This document shows positions 9,407 through 17,555 of a stretch of DNA of 47,808 nt, one piece after another; within the stretch, counting starts at the first letter, position 1, and the number at the start of each line of letters is the position of its first letter. The notes beneath the pieces are model-generated. The model was not told the DNA's origin and did no database searches. It saw only the letters and a list, made by a program, of their open reading frames with translations. This DNA comes from a virus: the UHGV virus genome UHGV-1373571; one strand, given 5' to 3'. Position numbers and translations under genes: made by a program.

Positions 9407-10332
9407 ATTATCTGTGGCGATTCAGGAAGTTCTGGTTTCTTAACTGCCTCAACAATTCTTAATGCATCCACTGCTGAAATCGCTCCATCGGCGGACTTCT
9501 TAGATAAATAATCTCCAAGACGATTAGGAATGTATTCATTTTGCATCCACCGTCTAAACAACCCTAATGCGTCATCCGGGTAGATCCAGGCGTCAACAGG
9601 GCCTGCACGATGTTGAGGAAACCAGTCTGGATAAACATGTGGCGACTTTGTGCGCTGGCCATACTTTTCGTCACAACCATTGGCGACCCAGTATTTTGAC
9701 CACATCGTGCCAACACTTATATCTGGAATTGCCGAGGGACCAAAGTCAAAGTTACCTTTAACCATTTTTAATGAAAGATCTGCCATTTCTCTAAATACAG
9801 AAAAATATCCAAATGGAACCTGATCATTCATTAATAGTCTTTCATGGAAGCACTCAAGAGCGCCCCGCTGTGGGTTCTCTGGGTCAATCCCTACACTTAA
9901 GTATATGAATCTACGCAGTTGAGAACCCGCTAACTTACGAAAGTTAGATAAAGCTACTTCACGACTACCCTGAGTAGCTTCAAATGCGTAATACTCAAGA
10001 AAGGCCATGCAGACAACATCAGGGAATGCGTTTGTCTCTGTGCCTTGAATTACTGTCTTATGAAATAATCGGTTGAGATTTAATCCTTGCTCTCTAAGCT
10101 TTTGGTCTATGAATTGGCCTCTTGGTTTCGTCCTTTCATCGTCCCAGTTTGAGGCGAGCCGAAGGAGAGCTGCATGGTCCACGCCACATAATCTAGCCAA
10201 ACCTCGCTGAGTTAAAAATGGAGACCCATCATTCATAACGCCCATTTGTATGCCATCAACATCGGCTTCTTTTATCGGGTATAGTTCCATTTGTAGCTGG
10301 TGACCAGATAATGCCAAAGGTAAGTTATCCAT
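9403..10332 (-). CDS. KilA-N/Bro-N-like domain protein in the rexAB position downstream of cI; candidate BstA-like abortive-infection protein; the last codons are supplied by the IS end
   Basis: 309 aa. The N-terminal DGIQMGVMNDGSPFLTQRGLARLCGVDHAALLRL fits the KilA-N/Bro-N G..WF.A.D.A..LG pattern. AAGGAA RBS. Same strand as cI and 78 bp downstream of it. The C-terminal ESPQII is read from the IS right end. Confidence 0.5.
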   Translation of the reverse strand: MDNLPLALSGHQLQMELYPIKEADVDGIQMGVMNDGSPFLTQRGLARLCGVDHAALLRLASNWDDERTKPRGQFIDQKLREQGLNLNRLFHKTVIQGTETNAFPDVVCMAFLEYYAFEATQGSREVALSNFRKLAGSQLRRFIYLSVGIDPENPQRGALECFHERLLMNDQVPFGYFSVFREMADLSLKMVKGNFDFGPSAIPDISVGTMWSKYWVANGCDEKYGQRTKSPHVYPDWFPQHRAGPVDAWIYPDDALGLFRRWMQNEYIPNRLGDYLSKKSADGAISAVDALRIVEAVKKPELPESPQII

Positions 10333-10410
10333 TTGAATTCCTTAATTATTATGGTGATGACCACTTTGTTGTGTCAAATCGCCAAAGCACCTAATCAGGC
10401 CACTTGCTGG

Positions 10411-11133
10411 CTACCCATGCTTCCTGTACGTCTGCGGCATGCTTCCGATCACCTTGCCGAACACGAACACCCTGTTCATCTCGTCTTTCTCGATAGGGTC
10501 CCACGCTGCATAGCTTTTGTTATCTGAGATAACCAGCAGCTTATCCTTCATCTTCTGAAGGCGCTTAACGTGTGCAGTATCGTCGTACAGGAAGGCGTAA
10601 ATTCCATCACCGTCAAACTTCGTTACACTGATATCGACGAACAGCAGATCACCTGGCTCGATCGTACCAGACATACTATCGCCACGGACGTTTATGATCC
10701 TGATGTTCTCCGCTTTACGCCCATCGAACATGTGATTCGCATCGGCTGGCGCATACTCAACAGAGCGGAGGATTTCAACGAACTCTTGGTTTACCACTCC
10801 AGGTCCTGCGCTGACGGCGATATCCAAGAGGTCAACCCTAAAGACGTCTTTCCGATTAGTTGCCGCCCCAGGCTCAATACCGTCCTCATCCGCATCGCCA
10901 AGTAGGTACGATGCAGACGTGCCTATGTGGGAAGCTAAAGCCTGGAGTGTCCCCCGCCTTGGTATTGACTCCCCGTTAAACCATTTGCTCACGGCCTTCG
11001 GTGTCAACTTCATCCTCTTGGCGATCTCAGCCTGGCGACCATGTGGCATCAATCCAGCTTTATCGCAGGCCAGCGCTAGCCTCAGAGAAAATTCTTTTCG
11101 CGCTCTTTCTTCGTGAACCATGTGTTCAATCAT
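10411..11133 (-). CDS. cI: cI-like prophage repressor (HTH_XRE + S24 LexA-like peptidase domain)
   Basis: 240 aa. N-terminal HTH (QAEIAKRMKLTPKAVSKWFNGESIPRRGTLQALASHIGTSASYL). C-terminal S24 domain with a Ser-Lys dyad (VRGDSMSGTIEPGDLLFVD ... HVKRLQ). Divergent from a cro-like gene. Confidence 0.85.
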   Translation of the reverse strand: MIEHMVHEERARKEFSLRLALACDKAGLMPHGRQAEIAKRMKLTPKAVSKWFNGESIPRRGTLQALASHIGTSASYLLGDADEDGIEPGAATNRKDVFRVDLLDIAVSAGPGVVNQEFVEILRSVEYAPADANHMFDGRKAENIRIINVRGDSMSGTIEPGDLLFVDISVTKFDGDGIYAFLYDDTAHVKRLQKMKDKLLVISDNKSYAAWDPIEKDEMNRVFVFGKVIGSMPQTYRKHG

Positions 11134-11185
11134 AATATCACTTGCGTGAACTATCAGTTCCGACTTAATATGTACTTACAGTTCA
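11114..11185. promoter_or_regulatory. candidate right operator (OR1-3) region, with divergent PRM/PR
   Basis: Three dyad sites: TGAACCATGTGTTCA (11114-11128), TGAACTATCAGTTCC (11147-11161), TGTACTTACAGTTCA (11171-11185). A candidate PR has -35 TTGCGT (11142-47) and -10 TAATAT (11163-68), with site 2 lying between them. Confidence 0.4.
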
Positions 11186-11201
11186 TTATTGAGGGTTAAA
11201 C

Positions 11202-11429
11202 ATGGCACCTAACAGTCTTGGCGAAATCATCAAAAAGATTCGCGTTCCTGTTGTAGCTAAAGCCTGTGGTTGCTCTCCGCGCGCAATTTACAAGTGGATT
11301 GCCAACGGAAGCCTGCCGAGAACGGACTACACCGACGAGACCAATTACGCAGAAAAAATCGCTCTCGCTTCTGGCGGCCAGTTTACTGCTGCGCAGATCC
11401 GGGAAGTCAGCAAGCCTAAAGCCGCCTGA
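11202..11429 (+). CDS. cro: Cro-like HTH regulator
   Basis: 75 aa, HTH (VAKACGCSPRAIYKWIANGSLP), GAGGG RBS. First gene of the rightward operon, opposite cI. Confidence 0.7.
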   Translation: MAPNSLGEIIKKIRVPVVAKACGCSPRAIYKWIANGSLPRTDYTDETNYAEKIALASGGQFTAAQIREVSKPKAA

Positions 11430-11469
11430 CTGGCGGCCATTCCAAACAACACCAGAGGAAGTATCACAA

Positions 11470-11691
11470 ATGGAGAGTTCAACGGCACGCAACAAAACAG
11501 AGGCTCTCAGAATAGAGAGCTGGTTGCACAACCGGATAGCCGAGATCGGCACTACAACCATCGCAAACGTGGCCGGAGTGAATAAGTCGACGGTGAGTCG
11601 CTGGCGGGAAAGTCTGCTGCCGAACATGTCGCTGCTGCTGGCCATCCTGATTTCTAACAGGCCAGGAGAGAAAGGTGACTTTGAAGCATGA
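11470..11691 (+). CDS. cII: CII-like transcriptional activator
   Basis: 73 aa. MESSTARNKTEALRIESWLHNRIAEIGTTTIANVAGVNKSTVSRWRESLLPNMSLLLAIL is colinear with lambda CII (NKRNEALRIESALLNKIAMLGTEKTAEAVGVDKSQISRWKRDWIPKFSMLLAVL). GGAGG-like RBS. The upstream part of track ORF 11266..11691 overlaps cro and is rejected. Confidence 0.7.
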   Translation: MESSTARNKTEALRIESWLHNRIAEIGTTTIANVAGVNKSTVSRWRESLLPNMSLLLAILISNRPGEKGDFEA

Positions 11692-11776
11692 GTGGGAACA
11701 GAAAGGCGAAAGCCGCAGTGCGGGAACACTAACGGCTTTCTACGCGAATTAACTGGATCAATTCACAGGAGTAATT

Positions 11777-11923
11777 ATGCCTAAGAGCAACAGATTTTAC
11801 CAGGCACAAACACACAAAAATGTTACCCGCGACCGCTTCATTCGCTCTGTTAACCCGGTGGTTGGCATGAAAATGCGCGCCATCCTGGAAGAGCTGAAAC
11901 GGAAGGAGGAAGGCCGTGAGTAG
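11777..11923 (+). CDS. hypothetical small basic protein
   Basis: 48-aa ORF with a GGAG RBS, directly upstream of and overlapping the start of the O-like gene. Confidence 0.3.
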   Translation: MPKSNRFYQAQTHKNVTRDRFIRSVNPVVGMKMRAILEELKRKEEGRE

Positions 11924-13001
11924 CCTAGCAAAAGTAATACCTTTCAGACCGTCTGTAACGGTCGTGGAGCGTCAGGTGGCAGATATCGATGATGGGTATA
12001 CCCGCATCGCTAACGAGCTGCTGGAAGCGGTTATGGCTGCTGATTTAACGGCTCGCCAGCTGAAGGTCGTTCTGGCGGTGATCCGCAAAACTTACGGGTT
12101 CGGGAAAAAGTTTGACCGCATTACCAATACCCAGATCGCAGAAATGACCGGCATTCACCATACGCATGTCTGCAAGGCCAAGAACGAGATGATTGCAATG
12201 AACATCATCGTTACAAATGGCCTGGCGATCGGGGTGAATAAGGTGATTTCTGACTGGAATTTCAGCATTAGCCAAAATGGCAAATCATTAGCCGAAACAG
12301 CTAATGAAACATTAGCCAAGTCAGCTAATACCCATAAGCCAACTCAGCTAAACACAAAAGAAACTATTCAAAAGAAAGAAAGAAAAGATCCCCCTAAATC
12401 CCCCAAGGGGGAAAACTCACTCGCTCAGGAAGTGATGGATTACTTCAACGAGCTAACGGGTAGTCGTTGTGCTGCGCTGGCACCTTTTGAGAAAGCTCTC
12501 TCCACGGTGAAGAGCAAAGACCAGTGCTACACCGCTGAAGAGCTGAAGCTGGTTATCCGCTGGGCCCATGTGAACTGGGGTCACAGCTTCAAGCCAGAGA
12601 ACCTGTGTCGTATGACCCGATTTGATGGATACCTGTCAGACGCCCTGATATGGGCAGATGGTCATGGAAGCAACCCGAAAGCCTGTCCGCACGAAGAGAT
12701 CATCAAGCTCTGGAATGAAAAATTCCCTTCGAAGGCCGTCTCACTGCATGAGTGGAACCGCCGCCGTCCGGCCTATCGAGACCTGGAAGCTGTGTGGAAC
12801 GGCAAAACCACCCAGGGCAACTGGCGAGAACTGAAGCACATGGGAATGGCCTTCGAGCTGATTAGCAAGTCTTCCCTGTTCGTCACCAGAGGCGATCAGC
12901 CATGGCTGACTCTCGACTGGATACTGAATCCGAAGAACTGGGGATCTGTCTACGAGCAGGCCATCAACGAGCACCGTGAGCGCAAGGGAGTCAAAGCATG
13001 A
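11916..13001 (+). CDS. replication initiator, lambda O-like (N-terminal iteron-binding domain)
   Basis: 361 aa, GTG start. The N-terminal domain resembles replication protein O (ARQLKVVLAVIRKTYGFGKKFDRITNTQIAEMTG). The coding region contains iterons and an A-rich tract (see ori feature). Followed by a helicase gene. Confidence 0.8.
   Translation: MSSLAKVIPFRPSVTVVERQVADIDDGYTRIANELLEAVMAADLTARQLKVVLAVIRKTYGFGKKFDRITNTQIAEMTGIHHTHVCKAKNEMIAMNIIVTNGLAIGVNKVISDWNFSISQNGKSLAETANETLAKSANTHKPTQLNTKETIQKKERKDPPKSPKGENSLAQEVMDYFNELTGSRCAALAPFEKALSTVKSKDQCYTAEELKLVIRWAHVNWGHSFKPENLCRMTRFDGYLSDALIWADGHGSNPKACPHEEIIKLWNEKFPSKAVSLHEWNRRRPAYRDLEAVWNGKTTQGNWRELKHMGMAFELISKSSLFVTRGDQPWLTLDWILNPKNWGSVYEQAINEHRERKGVKA
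12266..12420. promoter_or_regulatory. putative replication origin: four ~21-24-bp iterons plus an A-rich unwinding tract inside the O-like gene
   Basis: Direct repeats CATTAGCCAAAATGGCAAAT / CATTAGCCGAAACAGCTAATG / CATTAGCCAAGTCAGCTAATA / CATAAGCCAACTCAGCTAAAC (12266-12352). They are followed by ACACAAAAGAAACTATTCAAAAGAAAGAAAGAAAAGA and the palindrome TCCCCCAAGGGGGA. Confidence 0.6.
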
Positions 13002-14371
13002 GCCGTTTTATTGATTTATACGTTGAGCAGGCCGTCATTGGCGGAATAATGCTTGCAGCAGGTCGCGCAGATGGCGCCGACATGGCTACCGATGCGATTG
13101 AGGGGCTGACTGAGGACCACTTCACAGCAACGCCCCATAAAGTGGCTCTGCGGTCCTACAAACGCCTCAGCGAGTCCGGGGAGAAGATAGACCTGCTGAC
13201 GTTGACCAGCGACCTTGAACGGCTTGGCGCGCTGGAAAGTGCGGGGGGATTCGCTTACCTGGCTGAATGCAGCAAAAACACGCCATCGTTCGCTAACCTG
13301 GCCGCCTACTGCGAAAAGCTACGGGAAATGCACCTTGGACGTCGTATGACCCTAGCCCTACAGGTAGGGATACAGAAACTGTCCGAACCATCCAGTGAGG
13401 GTATCGCTGACATCATCGGCAACATACAGGCCGATATCTCCGGTATTGAGCACAGTGCGGACTACGGAACTGAACACATCACCACCGGGATCGACATGTC
13501 GTTAGAGGCCATCCAGTCGATTATTAGCGGCGATATCTGGAAGCACAAAACCGAGCTTGGCATGGCAACCATCGACAGCGCTTTTGGCGGGTTTAACAAC
13601 ACAGATTTCATCGTTGTTGGCGGTCGACCGGGCATGGGGAAAACCATGTTCAGCACCACCGTAACCGAGACAGTCGGCCTGAAAAACAAAAAGCCGGTGC
13701 TGTTCTTCAGTCTCGAGATGCCAGTGGAACAAATCTCTGAGCGAGTCGCTTTCCACCGGGCGCGGGTAAGCAAAGAAGATCTGCTGAGCAAGGTTAGCGG
13801 GAAAATGGACGAGGCATGGGGGAAGGTTAGTCACTGCATGAAGGAGTTCATCGACTCTCCGATCTACATCAACGATAAGCCGTCCCTAAGCGTTCACCAG
13901 GTGCGTGCGGAAGCGCGGCGTATGAGCAAGAAGTTGGGCGGACTGGGCGTGGTAATCGTCGATTATCTTCAGAAAATGCGGATGTCAGACCCGGAGAACA
14001 TGAACCGCAGCGTAGGGGAGATCGCCACTGGTCTGAAGAACCTGGCGAAAGAATTGCGTTGCCCGGTCATCGCTCTGGCCCAGTTGAACCGAAACCTGGA
14101 GCAGCGCGCTAATAAGCGTCCCGTTGCGGCAGACCTGCGAGAGTCTGGCGTTATTGAGCAGGAGGCAGATGTGATCTTCATGGTGTATCGGGATGAGAAG
14201 TACAACGAAAACACCGAACTGAAAGGCATCACCGAAATCATCTGTGTGAAGTCCCGCCATGCGCCGGGGGCAGAAAAGACCTACCACTTCAGCAGCCGCT
14301 ACTCAGGCCTGGACCCGGTAGATTTCACCTACAGCGGCCAGATGCAACAGGAGGCTGACTATGAGTGCTAA
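12998..14371 (+). CDS. replicative DNA helicase, DnaB family
   Basis: 457 aa. Walker A GGRPGMGKT, Walker B VVIVDYLQ, and a DnaB N-terminal domain. Confidence 0.9.
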   Translation: MSRFIDLYVEQAVIGGIMLAAGRADGADMATDAIEGLTEDHFTATPHKVALRSYKRLSESGEKIDLLTLTSDLERLGALESAGGFAYLAECSKNTPSFANLAAYCEKLREMHLGRRMTLALQVGIQKLSEPSSEGIADIIGNIQADISGIEHSADYGTEHITTGIDMSLEAIQSIISGDIWKHKTELGMATIDSAFGGFNNTDFIVVGGRPGMGKTMFSTTVTETVGLKNKKPVLFFSLEMPVEQISERVAFHRARVSKEDLLSKVSGKMDEAWGKVSHCMKEFIDSPIYINDKPSLSVHQVRAEARRMSKKLGGLGVVIVDYLQKMRMSDPENMNRSVGEIATGLKNLAKELRCPVIALAQLNRNLEQRANKRPVAADLRESGVIEQEADVIFMVYRDEKYNENTELKGITEIICVKSRHAPGAEKTYHFSSRYSGLDPVDFTYSGQMQQEADYEC

Positions 14372-14675
14372 GACGATGAAAGGCAAACAGGCAATTCTGC
14401 GTTATCTCGAAACGCACAGGACCTTTACCGCGAAGGATGTGGCCACAGAGTGCGGCATGACCATCAACTGCATCACGAAGAATGCGCTCGATCTGGAGCG
14501 GGCCCGCAAAATTGTCCGGGTGAGCAAGGCCTGGCGAACGGTGACTTATCGCCTGGCGACACCGGAAGAGCAGGCCGGAACCGCGCGCAACTGCACCAAC
14601 GGAATATTTCAGGAGTGCCGCAACAGTCCGGCGATGAAGCGGGTACTGGCTGTTTACGGGAGGACATCAGCATGA
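14361..14675 (+). CDS. hypothetical protein (possible winged-helix)
   Basis: 104-aa ORF overlapping the helicase stop. Confidence 0.5.
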   Translation: MSAKTMKGKQAILRYLETHRTFTAKDVATECGMTINCITKNALDLERARKIVRVSKAWRTVTYRLATPEEQAGTARNCTNGIFQECRNSPAMKRVLAVYGRTSA

Positions 14676-15127
14676 CTATCACACTACAGGCAGTAAACGA
14701 GCTCATCGCTTCCCTGGAGACCGCAGGCGAGCCGTCGATCAGAGAGCAGAAGTTCCTGAAGCTGGCGAAAGCGTACCAGCAGCTGGCGGCGGAGAATGTG
14801 GCGCTGAAGGACATCAACGCATGGTGCAAAACTGATGCATTCAAAAACATGTACCGGGAGTTTAAAACAGCAGAGTCTCTTGGTTGCTCAGATGTGGATT
14901 GCATGCATGATGCAATGCTTGTCGCAATTATGCATGCGCCGGAAACCCCGGCCACCGATCGCATCGTAGCCGGGATTAAGGCCGATGGGGTGGCGTTGGT
15001 TAAGTCTGCATTTGAGATGCATATCCAGTATGCATCCTGCTATCAGGATGAAATTGTTGGAATGGAATCAGCGATGAGCATTGCATGCCAAGTAGAGTCG
15101 CAGCTGCGCGAGGGGGCCGACAAATGA
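14672..15127 (+). CDS. hypothetical protein
   Basis: 151 aa from the ATG at 14672 with a GGGAGG RBS. The track ORF extends upstream to 14450 in-frame, but that part overlaps the previous gene. Confidence 0.5.
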   Translation: MTITLQAVNELIASLETAGEPSIREQKFLKLAKAYQQLAAENVALKDINAWCKTDAFKNMYREFKTAESLGCSDVDCMHDAMLVAIMHAPETPATDRIVAGIKADGVALVKSAFEMHIQYASCYQDEIVGMESAMSIACQVESQLREGADK

Positions 15128-15330
15128 GCGGCCGTATCCCTAACTTCGGCTGGAATCGCCTGAAACTGGCAAAGCTCACCTATGAGCAATTGGCGGAGCT
15201 TGAAGAACAAGTGAAGGCTGAGCATGCCTGCAAAAACGGCATTCACCTCTTCGACAAAGCCGGTCAGCGCAAACTCGATGCCCTTCGCTGGGCCGTATAC
15301 AACAAGCAGAAGGCGGAGCGAGCTGCATGA
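15124..15330 (+). CDS. hypothetical protein
   Basis: 68 aa from the ATG at 15124 (ATGA overlap with the previous stop). The track ORF begins at 15085. Confidence 0.4.
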   Translation: MSGRIPNFGWNRLKLAKLTYEQLAELEEQVKAEHACKNGIHLFDKAGQRKLDALRWAVYNKQKAERAA

Positions 15331-15875
15331 CTAATATCACCGAACTGGCGCAGCGTATGCGCACGGCAGCAGAGAAAGCCGGAGTCGAGCAGTGGGTTAA
15401 CAATCGCGGGGAGGTAAACACAGCCGATTATGAGGTTGATGGTGGCACGTATATCGACCACATTTGCGACTGTGAAATCGTCGGAACAGAAAGCCCGCGT
15501 GCAGAATTCATCGCCATGGCTAACCCTGCCAACGTCATCGACCTGGTAGAGGCGCTGGAGAAGGCGCAGCGCTACATCGAGGAGTTGCGGGAGTGGAATG
15601 CTGGTCTCGCGCAGGAGTCATGCGAACGTCAACAAAGAATATCCGAGCTATTGGAAGGAAAAGTAGGCAACGCTCTTCTTGAGCGTGAAAACCATCATGT
15701 TGAGCTGGTTGGGAAGTTGGCTGAGCGCATCGCCGAGCTGGAGTCCCGCACCGTCACCGTGAAGCTGCCGGAGTCATTCAGGTTGGCTAAATCATCGAGC
15801 GGATTAACTTACTACTACGCCGACGAGGTCGATGCAGCGCTTACCGCCGCTGGCATCAAGGTGGAGGCTGAGTGA
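15327..15875 (+). CDS. Ead/Ea22-like coiled-coil protein
   Basis: 182 aa, coiled-coil-rich. The family assignment is from memory of lambdoid nin-region Ea22-like proteins (...LTYYYADEVDAALTAAG...). Confidence 0.4.
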   Translation: MTNITELAQRMRTAAEKAGVEQWVNNRGEVNTADYEVDGGTYIDHICDCEIVGTESPRAEFIAMANPANVIDLVEALEKAQRYIEELREWNAGLAQESCERQQRISELLEGKVGNALLERENHHVELVGKLAERIAELESRTVTVKLPESFRLAKSSSGLTYYYADEVDAALTAAGIKVEAE

Positions 15876-16255
15876 TGGCACTGACCAAAAAACAGCGCGC
15901 AGAGCTGCGCATGAAATTTGGCGGCCGCTGCGCTTACTGTGGCTGTGAACTTGGCGATAAATGGCACGCTGATCACGTCGAAGCAGTACGAAGGAATATC
16001 AGTAACGGCTACGCAATGGACAGACCAGAAAACGACACGGTCAGCAACATGGTTCCGGCATGCATCTCCTGCAACCTGTTCAAAATGTGCAGCACGGTTG
16101 AGGACTTTCGCAATCGCATTGCAACTCAGGTTGATGTGACTCGCCGGGCATCGAGAAGCTACCGTACAGCGGAATCATTCGGCCTGGTTCAACCAACTAA
16201 CGCGCCGGTAGTGTTCTGGTTCGAAAAGTATCAGGCAGAAGGAGCCAACCAATGA
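15872..16255 (+). CDS. HNH endonuclease
   Basis: 127 aa. CxxC ... HADH ... N ... CxxCN pattern (GGRCAYCGCELGDKWHADHVEAV...VPACISCNLFK). Confidence 0.75.
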   Translation: MMALTKKQRAELRMKFGGRCAYCGCELGDKWHADHVEAVRRNISNGYAMDRPENDTVSNMVPACISCNLFKMCSTVEDFRNRIATQVDVTRRASRSYRTAESFGLVQPTNAPVVFWFEKYQAEGANQ

Positions 16256-16956
16256 CCAAATCAACCATAACCAAAGAGCGCCTGGAAGAAATTGTCAGCG
16301 ACCCAATGATTAATCAGGGTAGCGAGTTTGCGATGATGGCCCGCATGGCGCTGGCCGCAATGGACAGCGAGCCGGTGGCGTGGACATGGCACTATCGTGA
16401 GCAATGGCATGTCACAAACGATAAATGCCGGGCAGAATTTGTCGCAACAGATGGTGATGTGGCTGTACTGCCGCTCTATCGCCACGCGCAGCCGGTGCCG
16501 GTAGTGCCTGATGAATTGCTGAAGGAGTACCTTCGATTAGTGCAATGCATGCTATCGGATTATAGGGATGGTAATTACGGCAATGCACAGCGATGGATCA
16601 GGCACATAGCAAAAGCCTCCGATGATTTTGAGCGAAAGTACGGGCTTTCTCCATGGGAAATGGCTCGCAAGACCTGCCGCGCCGCCATGCTCGCAGCCGC
16701 CCCGCAGTCATCCGGCAGTGAACCGGCCACCGTGCCGGGTAAATGGATTCCGGTAAGCGAGCGCATGCCGGAAGTTGGCGTTAAGGTCTTGTGCTTCCCA
16801 GTAGAGGGTGAGCCGATTCATGCAGTATTCAATGGTCAGTTATGGCTACAGGATATTTCATGGAGTAATAGTGACGAGCCAATTGATAACGTCATAACTT
16901 GCAATGTAACCCACTGGATGCCGCTGCCGGCCGCCCCGCAGGAGTCAAAACCATGA
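16252..16956 (+). CDS. DUF551-domain phage protein
   Basis: 234 aa. The C-terminal KWIPVSERMPE...VTHWMPLPAAPQ matches the DUF551 signature (...W.P..E..P ... THWMPLPEPP). Confidence 0.6.
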   Translation: MTKSTITKERLEEIVSDPMINQGSEFAMMARMALAAMDSEPVAWTWHYREQWHVTNDKCRAEFVATDGDVAVLPLYRHAQPVPVVPDELLKEYLRLVQCMLSDYRDGNYGNAQRWIRHIAKASDDFERKYGLSPWEMARKTCRAAMLAAAPQSSGSEPATVPGKWIPVSERMPEVGVKVLCFPVEGEPIHAVFNGQLWLQDISWSNSDEPIDNVITCNVTHWMPLPAAPQESKP

Positions 16957-17040
16957 CAGAGGGAATGCGACAGCACCGCGCTTTCGTGCTGACTTGTTTG
17001 CTGGCAAGAGCTAAGCGCAGAACGGCGCAGGGGGTGAAAG

Positions 17041-17241
17041 ATGGACAAAATTGATTCTGATTTTATCGTCCTGCAGGAATTGGCTGCCCGCATTGAGCAA
17101 AACCCAAATAACGCTGGCTGGTACATGCACAGAGCCTACATGCTTGGTAGTGGTTGCAGCGCTGACGAGGCGCTTGTACATCCACCACGCGACTATTCCG
17201 GGCCAATGTTGCATGTGATTATTGGGAGTAAAGATGCCTAA
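17041..17241 (+). CDS. hypothetical protein
   Basis: 66-aa ORF in the nin-like region. Confidence 0.4.
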   Translation: MDKIDSDFIVLQELAARIEQNPNNAGWYMHRAYMLGSGCSADEALVHPPRDYSGPMLHVIIGSKDA

Positions 17242-17279
17242 ATCCCCCGCAGAACGCAAAGCCGCGCAGGAGATAACGA

Positions 17280-17510
17280 ATGGATAACAAACCAGAATGG
17301 CAGCAGCAGGCTGAGAAACTGGCTGAACTGTACGGAACAAGTTTCGTGACATTCAGGAACGGAAAGGAGCCTGAGTGTGTCGATCCCACGAAAGTGGTGC
17401 TTTCATTTGATGCCGAAAGAAAAAGGCGCTTTGACGAGTTCAAAGAAACCGTGCGGCAGGAGCACGCGATGGCATCCAGGCTGACCAGGCATCGCTTTAT
17501 ACCGAAATGA
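17280..17510 (+). CDS. hypothetical protein
   Basis: 76-aa ORF. Confidence 0.4.
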   Translation: MDNKPEWQQQAEKLAELYGTSFVTFRNGKEPECVDPTKVVLSFDAERKRRFDEFKETVRQEHAMASRLTRHRFIPK

Positions 17511-17528
17511 GGATGATAGTGGTATATA

Positions 17529-17555
17529 ATCCCCTCCACAGCAGAGGGGATTTTT
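17529..17555 (+). terminator. hairpin plus T-run in the nin-like region (candidate internal terminator)
   Basis: ATCCCCTC-CACAGCA-GAGGGGAT followed by TTTT, directly before the ATG at 17556. Preceded by TATATAAT. Confidence 0.35.

Larger units (their letters stand above)
8196..9424 (+). mobile_element. IS3-family insertion sequence (1229 bp) with a 3-bp target-site duplication GGA
   Basis: Imperfect terminal inverted repeats start TGAATCGCCAC at both ends (8196 and the reverse complement of 9424). Flanking GGA is duplicated at 8193-8195 and 9425-9427. orfA and orfB are in a -1 frame relation with an A7G slippery run at 8498-8505. Confidence 0.9.

Noticed and set aside
11266-11469. Upstream part of the 141-aa track ORF overlapping cro in another frame
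   Set aside because: CII homology begins only at the ATG at 11470, which has its own RBS. The upstream extension overlaps cro and is not supported.
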